Both the position numbers and the translations under genes were made by a program. From a virus (Duplodnaviria; Caudoviricetes), in IMG/VR virus record IMGVR_UViG_3300036826_000065, positions 1 to 54,786 of that record: a stretch of 54,786 nucleotides of DNA, one strand, 5' to 3'. Position 1 is the stretch's first letter; every line of letters begins with the position of its first letter. Under the pieces are notes generated by a model, which saw nothing but the letters and a program-made list of their open reading frames with translations, did no database searches and had not been told where the DNA came from. Positions 30,901-39,031 of the stretch are shown here, piece by piece.

Positions 30901-30959
30901 GCGCGATCATACACCGCAGCCGCGTCCGCGATCCTCTCGCCAATGAGCGCGACGTCCAC
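27948..30959 (-). CDS. terL: terminase large subunit (GpA family) containing an intein
   Basis: KGAQIGGTE, LFLDEVD, STPT, VPCPHCG, GVDVQ and RNEALD motifs. Confidence 0.95.
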   Translation of the reverse strand: MDVALIGERIADAAAVYDRAARDGARPDPAFTISQWADQFRQLSARSSPEPGPWRTSRAPFLRAIMDDLSPASRVETVVFQKGAQIGGTEAGNNWVGFVIHMAPGPMLVVQPTIEMARRNSKQRIGPLIEDSVVLRTRVKDSRSRDSSNTLLSKEFPGGLLVMTGANSAKGLRSMSARYLFLDEVDGYKGDVEGEGEPCGLAIARTTNFARRKIFIVSTPTVSGHSRIERFYEDSDKRQYWVPCPHCGEKQVLVFAQLRWQHGKPETARYHCAGCGEGLANHHKAYMLPRGEWRPDGAENPRTHGYHLSSLYSPVGWLSWEDVARKREEAGEDPQKQQIFVNTILGLPWLDVAEAPDADRLYERREDYMLGVVPEGGILVTAGVDVQARRLECEIVAWGRDRHSWSVDYRVFDGDTSQPQVWENITKLLDEDIPTEYGQPTRIAKLAIDTGFNTMAVYDYVRRMSPMRVMGVKGSNRPASLVGSASMVEVGPHGSKLKYGIRLWPVNVDIAKEELYRWLRSRTPDLSAGESWPVGFCHFPNYSREYFEQLTAERLVTSTVRGMKKTQWEKHRERNEALDCFDASTEVLTDEGWKRFIDLSGQKVATVELETDAIEFQRPSDLIIRQYSGDMVHLQGRRIDILTTPAHRMVTYLPSRNGVVGPQVTLARELTQRHQIKLTGQWLERGAPQITIPASHKSDSGMEIEPERHVDAMDLARFYGWWITEGSAAINEHEGSVRRLVSICQTKKENVEAIARLLDRLPWRFSWNDGVHKFTATSKQLFDEVAPWGRLQESRRIPSWIKQSSRDVIEAFLQTAVLGDGWLQSGDCRVIATVCEKLADDYQELFLKLGSAPRSHRRESRPYEIRGRTGDNTRDQFHVHENSHVKRAYLDGGANGQRGFIGRTVQHQGTVYCATVPNGTLICRRNGQVFVAGNCRIYARAAAASMRFESWNEARWQDLQDRLTSTERKNEPASARKPVAAPKLRTTPMPQFQSFSARTDFTE
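28158..29222 (-). mobile_element. 355-aa intein with LAGLIDADG homing endonuclease
   Basis: Starts CFDASTEVLTDEGW; TPAHRM block B; GWWITEGS and AVLGDG; ends VYCATVPNG...AGN followed by +1 Cys. Confidence 0.92.
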
Positions 30960-31466
30960 TTAGCGGAACTCACCCAGGGCCGCAGCCAAGCATTTGTCCG
31001 GCGGGTAGCCGTGCGTGAAGTATTCGCACTGCAAACCCACGTTCGCCTTGCCGCCCTTGGCCTTGATCCACGGCACCTTGCGGTTGGCTGCGTAACCGCC
31101 GCCGTACTCGTCATCCTGGGGCCAGTCGTAGTACATCTTTGCGTCCGGGTCGTAGTTGTCCTGCACGAGCTTCAACATGGTCGCGGCGGCATACCCGGTT
31201 CCGCAGTAGCGCGGCGCCTCCTGGCGGAAGCCGCCCTGGGGCAGACTCACCGTCACATAGCCCAGGAAATACAGGCTGGGAAACGCGCACACCGGGCTGG
31301 GCTCAGGACCGATCCGCGTATTCATCTGCCAGTTGTCCGGTGGACCGAACTCCGCGATTTGGCACTCGCGCATTTCATCGGAGAGTTCCTGAGCGGTCCC
31401 AGGAATCGCAGGGAGTTGAGCAATGGAATCCTTCAGGTCCTTCAGTTTGTCCAAGGCTTCCGGCAT
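30960..31466 (-). CDS. hypothetical protein between terS and terL
   Basis: 168-aa ORF with SD, abutting terL. Confidence 0.65.
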   Translation of the reverse strand: MPEALDKLKDLKDSIAQLPAIPGTAQELSDEMRECQIAEFGPPDNWQMNTRIGPEPSPVCAFPSLYFLGYVTVSLPQGGFRQEAPRYCGTGYAAATMLKLVQDNYDPDAKMYYDWPQDDEYGGGYAANRKVPWIKAKGGKANVGLQCEYFTHGYPPDKCLAAALGEFR

Positions 31467-31468
31467 AG

Positions 31469-31537
31469 TTACTCCTCTTCCTTGTCGTCGTCGCCGTTAT
31501 CTTCCTCGTCGTCCTTCGGCTTATCGATGTAAGTCAT
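31469..31537 (-). CDS. 22-aa highly acidic peptide
   Basis: MTYIDKPKDDEEDNGDDDKEEE; GGAG SD; fills the gap exactly. Confidence 0.45.
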   Translation of the reverse strand: MTYIDKPKDDEEDNGDDDKEEE

Positions 31538-31546
31538 AAGTAACTC

Positions 31547-32053
31547 CTAAGTCAGGTTAGTTTCCGCGAAGTCGGTAAATACCCGGCGGATTTCCTCCTC
31601 CAAGATGGAGAAAACCTTGGCCTCGTCCTTCTCCCCGGCCAGGAGTGGCGCGACCCTGGCGGGAATATTCAGACACGCATCGCGAATCATCCGAAACCGG
31701 CTGAAGGCGGCGCGTTCGACAGCGGTGCGGGAAATCAGTTCGCCAGCGCGAACCTCAAGCTCCAGCTTGCGGCGTTGCGCGTCGTAGACTTCCTTCAGGG
31801 CGCGAGCGTCGGCGTACATCATTCCGGCGACCGGCTCCGTCGCGGAGGTCGTCGCGGCGCCCTGCTTCTGCTGCGGGCCGCTGGGGCCAGCGGAGATCTT
31901 GCTGCGGGAGTGCGCTTCCCATTCGCGATCCGCCGCTTCGCTATCGATGGTGCCGTCGGCGTTGCGCGTGATGCGCCCGTCGCGCACGGCGTTAGCGATG
32001 GTCTGTGGGTTCACGCCGCGCTGGACGGCGTATTCAGTGATCGAAACGTCCAC
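31547..32053 (-). CDS. terS: terminase small subunit (Nu1-like)
   Basis: N-terminal wHTH (SITEYA..RGV...AVRDGRI); A.RRKLE...GELI; RDA.LNIP.R. Confidence 0.85.
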   Translation of the reverse strand: MDVSITEYAVQRGVNPQTIANAVRDGRITRNADGTIDSEAADREWEAHSRSKISAGPSGPQQKQGAATTSATEPVAGMMYADARALKEVYDAQRRKLELEVRAGELISRTAVERAAFSRFRMIRDACLNIPARVAPLLAGEKDEAKVFSILEEEIRRVFTDFAETNLT

Positions 32054-32161
32054 GACAGTCTTGCCTCTTGGTCGGAAGTGCTGTACACTTCGCCTAAGTA
32101 AAGCCTGTCGAAGATATCGTTCATGGAGCCGCTGGCATCGAACCCCAGCGGCTTCGCTGTT

Positions 32162-32419
32162 TTAAACCTTGGGTGCGGGCGCGGGAGGCGGCGTCGTGGT
32201 CGTCGTCGCCGGAGTCACCGTGACCGGAGCCGCAGGAGCCGCCGGTTTCGCTTCGGCCTCATCTTCACTCACCATCACCAGGGCGGTAAGCTCGCCAACG
32301 ATCACGCCCTTGACCGGCGTGCCGTCCACGGCCACCTCGCCGGACTTCGCGCCGTCCTTCGCGCCGATAGGGATTACGAGTGAGATCATGAGTTGTCCTT
32401 TGACTAACTGACTTATCAT
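32162..32419 (-). CDS. hypothetical Pro/Thr-rich protein
   Basis: 3' part of ORF 32162..32698; start uncertain. Confidence 0.45.
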   Translation of the reverse strand: MISQLVKGQLMISLVIPIGAKDGAKSGEVAVDGTPVKGVIVGELTALVMVSEDEAEAKPAAPAAPVTVTPATTTTTPPPAPAPKV

Positions 32420-33780
32420 CGATTCACCCATAAGGTCAACAAAATAATAAGTTACGACACTTAACCTGCTATAATGAGGTTTAAGGTGGTAGTAAGTAGC
32501 CGCCGAACCCGCCCAGGCCGACCGGCCAGACCCCCAGGAAAATCCCCGAAGCGGAAAAGAGCCCTCGCCAAACATTGTCATTTGTGGGGAGGTGTACGCA
32601 CCCATGCAGGCGCGAAGCCGCCGGGGAGCCACCGCCTTCGGTAGGACCCGCAAACCGCTGAAAACAAAGGAGATTCCGGTTTTAAACCGCGAATACACAA
32701 ACAGAAAGTGTACCTTTGCGGCGCAAAGCGTTGTAACGCTCGTACACCTCTGATTCCATTGGGTTTAGCTGGGTCAGGTTTGTGGAGCCGTGCGAGTCGG
32801 CGTAATCCATTGAAAACAAAGGGCTAGTCCTGGGCGCATGGTGTCGGCGCATGCCCAGGGCGCACGCGGCGCACGGTTTAAGCCATTGAAAACAAACGGC
32901 TGACAGCCATTACCGCCGCCTATTACCGCCGCTAACCGTGGCGTGCCCAGGGTGCCAAACGCCTATCTTCGGAGCATTATCAACGGTTTAGCAGGAATTT
33001 ATCCCCAGGGCGCAAGTTTTTGGTCGGAATCGGCTGTCGGCACGCCGAAACCGCTATGTAATTCTTTCAAAACTGCGACTGTATCAGACTAGCTTGTCTG
33101 ATATATTGCAGATATCTGAGTCCGAATATGCTGCTTTACCAGGGCGCATGCGGTCGGCACGCCCTGGGCGCATGCTGTCCGATACCTGGGCGGCGCATCC
33201 TGGGCGCCCTGGGCGCACGTGCGGGGTATTCCTGGGCATGCTGGGCACGCCCTGGGACGGCTGACGGTCGGCGCCCTGGGCATGCTCGCCGCTCGCCGAC
33301 CTGGGGACGGTCGGCGCATCCTAAAGGGACGGCTATCGGGCGCCCAGGTCGCGACCTGGGACAAATGGGCTATGGCTATTTATTCACTGGAATGTATATT
33401 TATCCAAACGGCTGTCGGCACGCCCTAATCTCTGCTAGGTTTCTAGCATGTTTTTCCACAGGATACGGGGAGGATAAATTCGCTTTACTTTCACTTCTTT
33501 TCGGTTTTCGTTCGCCTATGGGGAATACCCTGATACCGGGGAGTTTCCTGAGGCGCATCCTAGGGCCTGCAAACGCTCAGGAACCCTATGTCCGTTTGTG
33601 GGATTATCAATAACTTACAGACATACTGCTACAGACTGTAGCACTGCTTTATACAGTGTTTATGCATCCCCTGGGGCGGCGCATCCTGGGCACGCCCTAA
33701 AACACGTTGGGCGCCCTAAGTCTTGCGACCTGGGCGCCCAATGGAATGGTGGGGCTGTAATGAGGTATTGCGGGGTAACC

Positions 33781-34056
33781 TTACGGCACGAGTGAAACCA
33801 GTGTGCAATGCTCACAAAACAGTGCGCCGTTACCGACCGCAGCAAACGGCACGCCCTGGGCGCATCCTGGGCACACGGCACGCAAGTCTAGATCGCACGT
33901 TGCGCCGTACCAGGGCGCGTCAGCGGTCGGCGGTATTGCGCCGCTATGCCAATCCTCTACATCGGCAAGCGTCATACCTAGGCACGCACGCACGTCAGCG
34001 TGCCGCGCAAGTCGCAGAGCAAGCGACAGCAAGGTTTCGATAACCTGGGCACGCAT
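33781..34056 (-). CDS. small hypothetical protein with CxxC pairs
   Basis: GGGAG SD; CPGC and CEHC. Confidence 0.55.
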   Translation of the reverse strand: MRAQVIETLLSLALRLARHADVRACLGMTLADVEDWHSGAIPPTADAPWYGATCDLDLRAVCPGCAQGVPFAAVGNGALFCEHCTLVSLVP

Positions 34057-34057
34057 G

Positions 34058-34288
34058 CTAGTTGGACTCCCTGGGCGATTCCATTGAATCCAATTCGACA
34101 GCCGCTATCGTCGTCAGGTCGTATCCCTGAGCATCAACACGATCAATCAAGCTTGACCATGCGGCTGTCAGGGACTCGCAGTGAAAGCAGAATAGGCGCG
34201 TGCGCCCATTGTTCAAATGGAACCGAAAAAAGAACAACGATAGGCGCGTATCGTTGTTGATCAACTGAGTATGTCTGTTAATCGTCAT
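34058..34288 (-). CDS. small hypothetical protein (ribozyme cassette)
   Basis: ATG 9 nt after the ribozyme-borne GGGAG. Confidence 0.6.
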   Translation of the reverse strand: MTINRHTQLINNDTRLSLFFFRFHLNNGRTRLFCFHCESLTAAWSSLIDRVDAQGYDLTTIAAVELDSMESPRESN

Positions 34289-34297
34289 AGTGGGTAT

Positions 34298-34348
34298 CTC
34301 CCTACGCCTCACGGCGTTTCGTCCCATCCCAGGGACTCATCAGGGGAG
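34298..34348 (-). ncRNA. type I hammerhead ribozyme, copy 1
   Basis: CUCCC-CUGAUGA-GUCCC(UGGGAU)GGGAC-GAAA-CGCC(GUGA)GGCG-UA/GGGAG. Confidence 0.92.
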
Positions 34349-35065
34349 TTAGGATGCGAGCACAATAAAGGGAGAGTCGGCGTTAATCGCGAGTCCCTTC
34401 GCCCTTAAGCCGACAACGACTCCCTTCGGGTCCAGAAATCGCAAGTCGTGCAAGTCGCCATCAATCACACGGTAACCATGCCACGTCTCAGGCAAAGGGA
34501 AACCTTTGCGCACATGAAACACGACAGCGACATTGACGCCTAGCGCGAGTACTCGCAGGGACTCAGTTAGATTCTCGCCACTGTAGCTGTATGTCAGATG
34601 GTAGTTAGGTAGCTGGCGCAAATCCGCTTTAGGTAGTTTGGTGTAATCGTAAAAGGTTACCTGGGGAAACGACCGCGCCATTTCTTTGGCTAACCACGGT
34701 AGATCACTCGTGCCGTTGATACGGACAGCTAAACGCATGCCGCGTTTGGCGGCGCGGCGCACGTACATGCCAATGTCATACCTGAGGCATGCCAGAAACA
34801 ATGCACGATTGCCAGCCAGCAACATAGTCTTGGCGACTCGTGCCGCTTGCACGTTGCGAAACCGCCCCATGCCAGCCATATTGAGACATAGCGCTATGCA
34901 CCATGCCGTTGCGCCTAGGCAGACATTGAGGACTCCTGAAGACATAGCTGGCGCCAGATACATAATCGCTGTCAGCCAGCCTAGGGACTCGCCCTTGACA
35001 GTCTTGTAATTGTCATCCTGCAATAGCCGTTTGTAACCGTTTGGTTTCCGTTTATTCGTCGTCAT
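34349..35065 (-). CDS. phage GP88-like protein
   Basis: C...C..CL..AG.G, RINGTSDLPW, FYDYTK, NYHLTYS, DGDLHDLRFLD and VGLRAKG motifs. Confidence 0.7.
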   Translation of the reverse strand: MTTNKRKPNGYKRLLQDDNYKTVKGESLGWLTAIMYLAPAMSSGVLNVCLGATAWCIALCLNMAGMGRFRNVQAARVAKTMLLAGNRALFLACLRYDIGMYVRRAAKRGMRLAVRINGTSDLPWLAKEMARSFPQVTFYDYTKLPKADLRQLPNYHLTYSYSGENLTESLRVLALGVNVAVVFHVRKGFPLPETWHGYRVIDGDLHDLRFLDPKGVVVGLRAKGLAINADSPFIVLAS

Positions 35066-35077
35066 AGTAGTTTGGGT

Positions 35078-35128
35078 CTCCCTACGCCTCACGGCGTTTC
35101 GTCCCATCCCAGGGACTCATCAGGGGAG
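35078..35128 (-). ncRNA. type I hammerhead ribozyme, copy 2
   Basis: Identical 51-nt core to copy 1. Confidence 0.92.
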
Positions 35129-35347
35129 TTAGCGAACCCGGAACACCGGACGGCGCCCACAGTCCTCCCCAGGGCGCACGGCAACGTTGATTCTACCGAC
35201 CTTGATTTCGGAACCGCCAGCTAACCACTGATACTTGCGCGGCGAAACCTTGACCCATGGACCATGCGCAAAGTTGTAGCAAGTACACTCCAGTACGGAG
35301 TGATCGAATTCAAACGTGGCGCCAATTTCCAGGTCGCGAAATTTCAT
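35129..35347 (-). CDS. small hypothetical protein
   Basis: MKFRDLEIG; coupled (TAATG); stop abuts the ribozyme. Confidence 0.6.
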   Translation of the reverse strand: MKFRDLEIGATFEFDHSVLECTCYNFAHGPWVKVSPRKYQWLAGGSEIKVGRINVAVRPGEDCGRRPVFRVR

Positions 35348-35571
35348 TAGCGTAAACCTCCATTGAGCAGCACACGATAAGTGTGATTCCCAGCAAAGTC
35401 GCTGTATCGGTATTCCACGCGATTACGATTCCGATAATCGCGTGTTGCGTCGTTATGGCCGAAGTAGTCACGAGTCCAATCTGTCGCCAGCCAGAGAAAC
35501 TCGCAATGAACGGTGACGTCAAATGACGTTTCCGTCTGGTTTTCAAAACATACGATGTAAGGTCTTTCCAT
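35347..35571 (-). CDS. small hypothetical protein
   Basis: ATG 9 nt after the ribozyme GGGAG. Confidence 0.6.
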   Translation of the reverse strand: MERPYIVCFENQTETSFDVTVHCEFLWLATDWTRDYFGHNDATRDYRNRNRVEYRYSDFAGNHTYRVLLNGGLR

Positions 35572-35580
35572 AGTGGGTAT

Positions 35581-35631
35581 CTCCCTACGCCTCACGGCGT
35601 TTCGTCCCATCCCAGGGACTCATCAGGGGAG
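35581..35631 (-). ncRNA. type I hammerhead ribozyme, copy 3
   Basis: Identical 51-nt core. Confidence 0.92.
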
Positions 35632-35871
35632 TTAGTGTCTCCAAAACTTGCCATTCGGACTGGCAGCGCCGTCAGGATTGATATAACCGTGGCATTCGTC
35701 AGCGGGTCTATACCACGTCAGCAATAGGGACTCTGACGGATTAGCATAGTGCTTAAGGTATCGGCGCATTTGCAGCATCGCGCCCTGATCAGTGTGCGCC
35801 GTCAGGCGAACATAATTTCGCTCGCCTAGGCTGTCGATAATCTCAATCGCGTATGTCGTGTAAGGTTTCAT
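35632..35871 (-). CDS. small hypothetical protein
   Basis: MKPYTTYAIE; bounded by two ribozymes. Confidence 0.65.
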   Translation of the reverse strand: MKPYTTYAIEIIDSLGERNYVRLTAHTDQGAMLQMRRYLKHYANPSESLLLTWYRPADECHGYINPDGAASPNGKFWRH

Positions 35872-35880
35872 CGTTTGTGT

Positions 35881-35936
35881 CTCCCTACGGCGCCGTGGGC
35901 GCCGTTTCGTCCCATCCCAGGGACTCATCAGGGGAG
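35881..35936 (-). ncRNA. type I hammerhead ribozyme, copy 4 (variant stem III)
   Basis: Same core; stem III is CGGCGCC(CAC)GGCGCCG, a different sequence with pairing retained. Confidence 0.92.
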
Positions 35937-36161
35937 TTAGGACAAGTCAGCCAGTAGCGCAACGACGGCGCCGATTACCGCGCCGCCTAGTCCGGTGATT
36001 GCCGCCCATGCGCCGGCTGACCAGACAGTGGGCGCCGCAACATGGAGTGTTGCCGCGACAGCTAGCGCGAGAAATCCGACCGCTGAAAGACCCAGGGCGC
36101 CGCACATGAAGTAGTCAACTACCGGGATGCCGTTTGTGTAACTGCGTTTGTTGTTTGTCAT
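35937..36161 (-). CDS. small two-TM membrane protein
   Basis: Two hydrophobic helices; first gene of the ribozyme operon. Confidence 0.6.
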   Translation of the reverse strand: MTNNKRSYTNGIPVVDYFMCGALGLSAVGFLALAVAATLHVAAPTVWSAGAWAAITGLGGAVIGAVVALLADLS

Positions 36162-36171
36162 AGGTAAGTCA

Positions 36172-36201
36172 ATCCTAGTGACTACTCCCCAAGGTAGTCA
36201 A
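36172..36201 (-). promoter_or_regulatory. promoter of the ribozyme operon with overlapping palindrome
   Basis: TTGACT-18 bp-TAGGAT; TGACTAC/GTAGTCA inverted repeat inside. Confidence 0.6.
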
Positions 36202-36555
36202 GTGTCGGCGCAAGTCAGCTATTGACTTTGCGGCGCAAACGCGAGTTAGGCTGACTCAGTGGCGCCGACCGCCGTGCGCCGCATGCCATAGTCTTACCGT
36301 GCGCCCTGGGCATGCTGTATCAGTGACTTACAGCATGCCGTAGGACTAGCTATAGGCGTTAGCCGGTTTCGGACCGACCGCTCGGTTTCCTGACCCCGGC
36401 TTTCCCCTTTGTTTTCAAGCACGTACCAGCGTTACAAGAAATTTCACCCCAAACGGGCTTGGGGCGTTTGGAGAGGTCGATCCTATAGATTTTGAATGGG
36501 CCAATTTTTGGCCGGAAATATTTTGGGAGTCCCAGGCCGGAGACAGAGCCCATAT

Positions 36556-36595
36556 AAAAGGAAAGCCCCGCGCCGCCGAAGCGGAACGCGGGGCT
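36556..36595 (-). terminator. intrinsic terminator
   Basis: AGCCCCGCG...CGCGGGGCT followed by TTCCTTTT. Confidence 0.7.
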
Positions 36596-36616
36596 GAAGG
36601 TTTCCAGGGGGGGGTG

Positions 36617-36862
36617 CTACTTACCCCAAACGTCTGGCAGCATGGACTGACAAACCGCTTCAAACAGGCTGTCGATGGCTTTCAGCGGTACACCATCCAG
36701 ATCAGATACGCTCCGCATGATGGTAACGACTTCCCGCGCAATCATCGCCTCTTGCAGCCCCACGCCCAGGGCACGGTAGACCGGGTCGCTTGAGAGCTTT
36801 TTTGAAATCGCCTTGAGTTGAGCTTTTTGCCAGTTGCCGCCCTGAAGGCTGGGGCTCGTCAC
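36617..36862 (-). CDS. hypothetical protein
   Basis: GTGA-coupled; GGAGG SD. Confidence 0.55.
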   Translation of the reverse strand: MTSPSLQGGNWQKAQLKAISKKLSSDPVYRALGVGLQEAMIAREVVTIMRSVSDLDGVPLKAIDSLFEAVCQSMLPDVWGK

Positions 36863-37011
36863 TGCACTTCCTCCGCGAGGAGGTCGAGAGCCATGTCGAT
36901 ATGGACGGCGGCGTCCCGCAGGTGGTCGATGGCGGTTTGGCCTTCGGCTTCCATAGCCGCGCCCAGTTTGATGATGGCGCTATTCGCGAGTTCTTTCCAG
37001 GTCGTCTTCAT
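36859..37011 (-). CDS. 50-aa hypothetical protein (not in the ORF track)
   Basis: MKTTWKELANSAIIKLG...; GGGAG SD. Confidence 0.55.
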   Translation of the reverse strand: MKTTWKELANSAIIKLGAAMEAEGQTAIDHLRDAAVHIDMALDLLAEEVQ

Positions 37012-37067
37012 GGTGGGTGTCTCCCTTAGATCTCAGCCTAAGGGGTAATCGCGCCTTCAAGTCAAGC

Positions 37068-37096
37068 AAAAAAGAGGGCCTCGCAGAAGGAGGCCC
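37068..37096 (-). terminator. intrinsic terminator
   Basis: GGGCCTC-loop-GAGGCCC followed by TCTTTTTT. Confidence 0.7.
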
Positions 37097-37166
37097 AGAT
37101 TTGTGGATGTATTGAACTGAGAAGTCGGCAGGTTGACTGCCAGGGAATACCGAAACCTCCCCCAGT

Positions 37167-37685
37167 TTACCGCGCCGGTCGCCACAGGACGTCCTCAACC
37201 GGCGTCTTGCCGGTGACCAGGGGATGGTGCAGCCAGTAGGCATCCAGGACGTTGTACAGCCTTAGGCGCCCAGAGGCTCTGTAGACGCTCCGCAGGTATT
37301 CCGGCCTGATCGGCACCCCCAGGTAGGGGACAGCGGCATTGGCGCCCCTCCAGGCGAGTTCCACGGCTATTCCTGGGGCGCTTGCGGGCTGTACCCAGGC
37401 GTGATGGATGGCGAGCGGGATGGTTGGTGAGACGGCGTACCCTTCCACGTAGACCCACTTGTGCGGGTAACGGGTGGCGAGCCGGTAAGCGCGGGTGAAA
37501 CATTGCTGCGGCTCCAGGGGATGTTTATTCTGGCGCCAGGAGAATTCCTGGCCGTGCCGCAGCACGAGATCCTCGATGCAGATGAACCGCCGCTCGTCGG
37601 CGCCAGGGATGGTGCGATGGATCGTGACCATGTTGCGCAGGAAGGTGCGGAGGTCGTCGATCATGCCGGTTCGATCTCGTTTCAT
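37167..37685 (-). CDS. hypothetical protein with C...YVEGY...HAW motif (papain/transglutaminase-like triad possible)
   Basis: QCF, YVEGYA and IHHAWV. Confidence 0.6.
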   Translation of the reverse strand: MKRDRTGMIDDLRTFLRNMVTIHRTIPGADERRFICIEDLVLRHGQEFSWRQNKHPLEPQQCFTRAYRLATRYPHKWVYVEGYAVSPTIPLAIHHAWVQPASAPGIAVELAWRGANAAVPYLGVPIRPEYLRSVYRASGRLRLYNVLDAYWLHHPLVTGKTPVEDVLWRPAR

Positions 37686-38296
37686 TGGGTGCGCCTCCGC
37701 ATCTCGGATGGCATGAAGTCGTGCATCGACCACTTGCCGTATCCAAACATTTTCAATCGCCCGTCGAAATCTTTCTGATCGTTGAGCATGAATTCGGGCT
37801 TGCCGATGAAGAGCCGCCCTTGAATATTCTGCACGCAGGTACACACGCGCTCCGGCGTCTGCACCAGTGCGTTGAGGGCATCGCGGACGGTCAGGAGGCC
37901 TTGCGCAACTAGCTCGTGCTGATGGTCGGCGCCCTGATCGAGATGGGCCCTGATCTCGGCCTCCGGCAACGCCATCAACGCTGGCGTCGTGCCGAAGCGG
38001 TTGATCACCGACACCAGCGCGACGGCGTCCGGCTTGACGATATCGACGGCGAACCGCAGGATGCCGAATGCCGCGTTCTTGGTCGCGCCGCTATTGAGCC
38101 AGTCGTCGCCCAGGCGTTCCGCGATCTCGGCTTCGACCTTGCGCATGCGGTGGAGCGTCTCGCCCTGGTGCAACGTCGCGATCAACATGCCGAAGCTTTT
38201 CTTCTGCCGGAGATCGACCTTCGCCATATTCAGCGCTTGCGCGGCGATGCCCTTGAGTTCCGCGTCAGTCATTGTCTTTGCATCCAAAACGTCCAC
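37682..38296 (-). CDS. hypothetical protein
   Basis: Coupled ORF. Confidence 0.6.
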   Translation of the reverse strand: MDVLDAKTMTDAELKGIAAQALNMAKVDLRQKKSFGMLIATLHQGETLHRMRKVEAEIAERLGDDWLNSGATKNAAFGILRFAVDIVKPDAVALVSVINRFGTTPALMALPEAEIRAHLDQGADHQHELVAQGLLTVRDALNALVQTPERVCTCVQNIQGRLFIGKPEFMLNDQKDFDGRLKMFGYGKWSMHDFMPSEMRRRTQ

Positions 38297-38505
38297 GCCA
38301 GGACCGCAGCCCTGGCGGCTTGCCGCTTGGTCATGTGCGGCGGATCGTGCTCACCGGCGCCTGGGACATAGCACATGCAGCGATGTTCGATATGCGCCAC
38401 CGAACCCATGATGGTGCGGAAGCCGCACTCGCCGTGCATCGGCTGTTTAAAGTCGGAATGCTGTTCGCTCTCCGCGACCGGCTCGCCGCACCACAGGCAG
38501 ATCAT
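38269..38505 (-). CDS. small Cys/His-rich protein
   Basis: CLWC, H.EC and H..C.C. Confidence 0.55.
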   Translation of the reverse strand: MICLWCGEPVAESEQHSDFKQPMHGECGFRTIMGSVAHIEHRCMCYVPGAGEHDPPHMTKRQAARAAVLAWTFWMQRQ

Positions 38506-38705
38506 GAAGGGCTCTCCAGTTGATATCGGACGTAGCCGCCCTTATTTTCCAAGGTCACTCTCCATTCGCTCCAGCCCGCTGGCACCAGCTTGACGAACTC
38601 GTCGAAGGGTAGGCTGAAAGAGCCGCCATTGTGCCGAAGCATGACAAATAGACACAGGGCAAGCTCTCTACAGTGCTCCTCGTTTTCGTCTATTTCCTCG
38701 ATCAT
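38502..38705 (-). CDS. hypothetical protein
   Basis: ATGA-coupled at both ends. Confidence 0.55.
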   Translation of the reverse strand: MIEEIDENEEHCRELALCLFVMLRHNGGSFSLPFDEFVKLVPAGWSEWRVTLENKGGYVRYQLESPS

Positions 38706-39031
38706 GACCTTACCGCCATCTTCACGCCCTCCAGAACCTTCTCGTGACCGGCGAGCGCTTCCTCGTAGCTCCGGTAGCGCCGCTGCATAATGTCCTCGCT
38801 CGCGAGGCTAATCCCGCAGCCGCCGAAAATCATCGTCTCCCACAAAACCGGCTTGCCGGACCGCCACCAGTTGTGATCGACGCCCAGGAACACGGTGCTG
38901 ACCGTGTAGTCGCCCACGCGATCCTGGCGCACGACGCGATCCGAAAGTTCAAACCACGTCGCCCACTTGAAAATGTCCGGTTCTTCAACCGGCGTCTTGC
39001 CATCCAGCGCCAGGATGTAGTTCTTGATCAA
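38702..39031 (-). CDS. hypothetical phage protein
   Basis: VSTVFLG.DH...WETMIFGG...RY.SYEEALAGH. Confidence 0.65.
   Translation of the reverse strand: MIKNYILALDGKTPVEEPDIFKWATWFELSDRVVRQDRVGDYTVSTVFLGVDHNWWRSGKPVLWETMIFGGCGISLASEDIMQRRYRSYEEALAGHEKVLEGVKMAVRS

Noticed and set aside
34289-34327. Shared N-terminal peptide MGRNAVRRRE in several ORF-track entries
   Set aside because: It arises from an ATG inside the ribozyme repeat; the true starts follow the GGGAG SD
34298-35936. CRISPR array or integron attC interpretation of the 51-bp repeats
   Set aside because: The intervening segments are 250-730 bp genes, no cas1 or intI is evident, and the repeats fit the hammerhead consensus exactly
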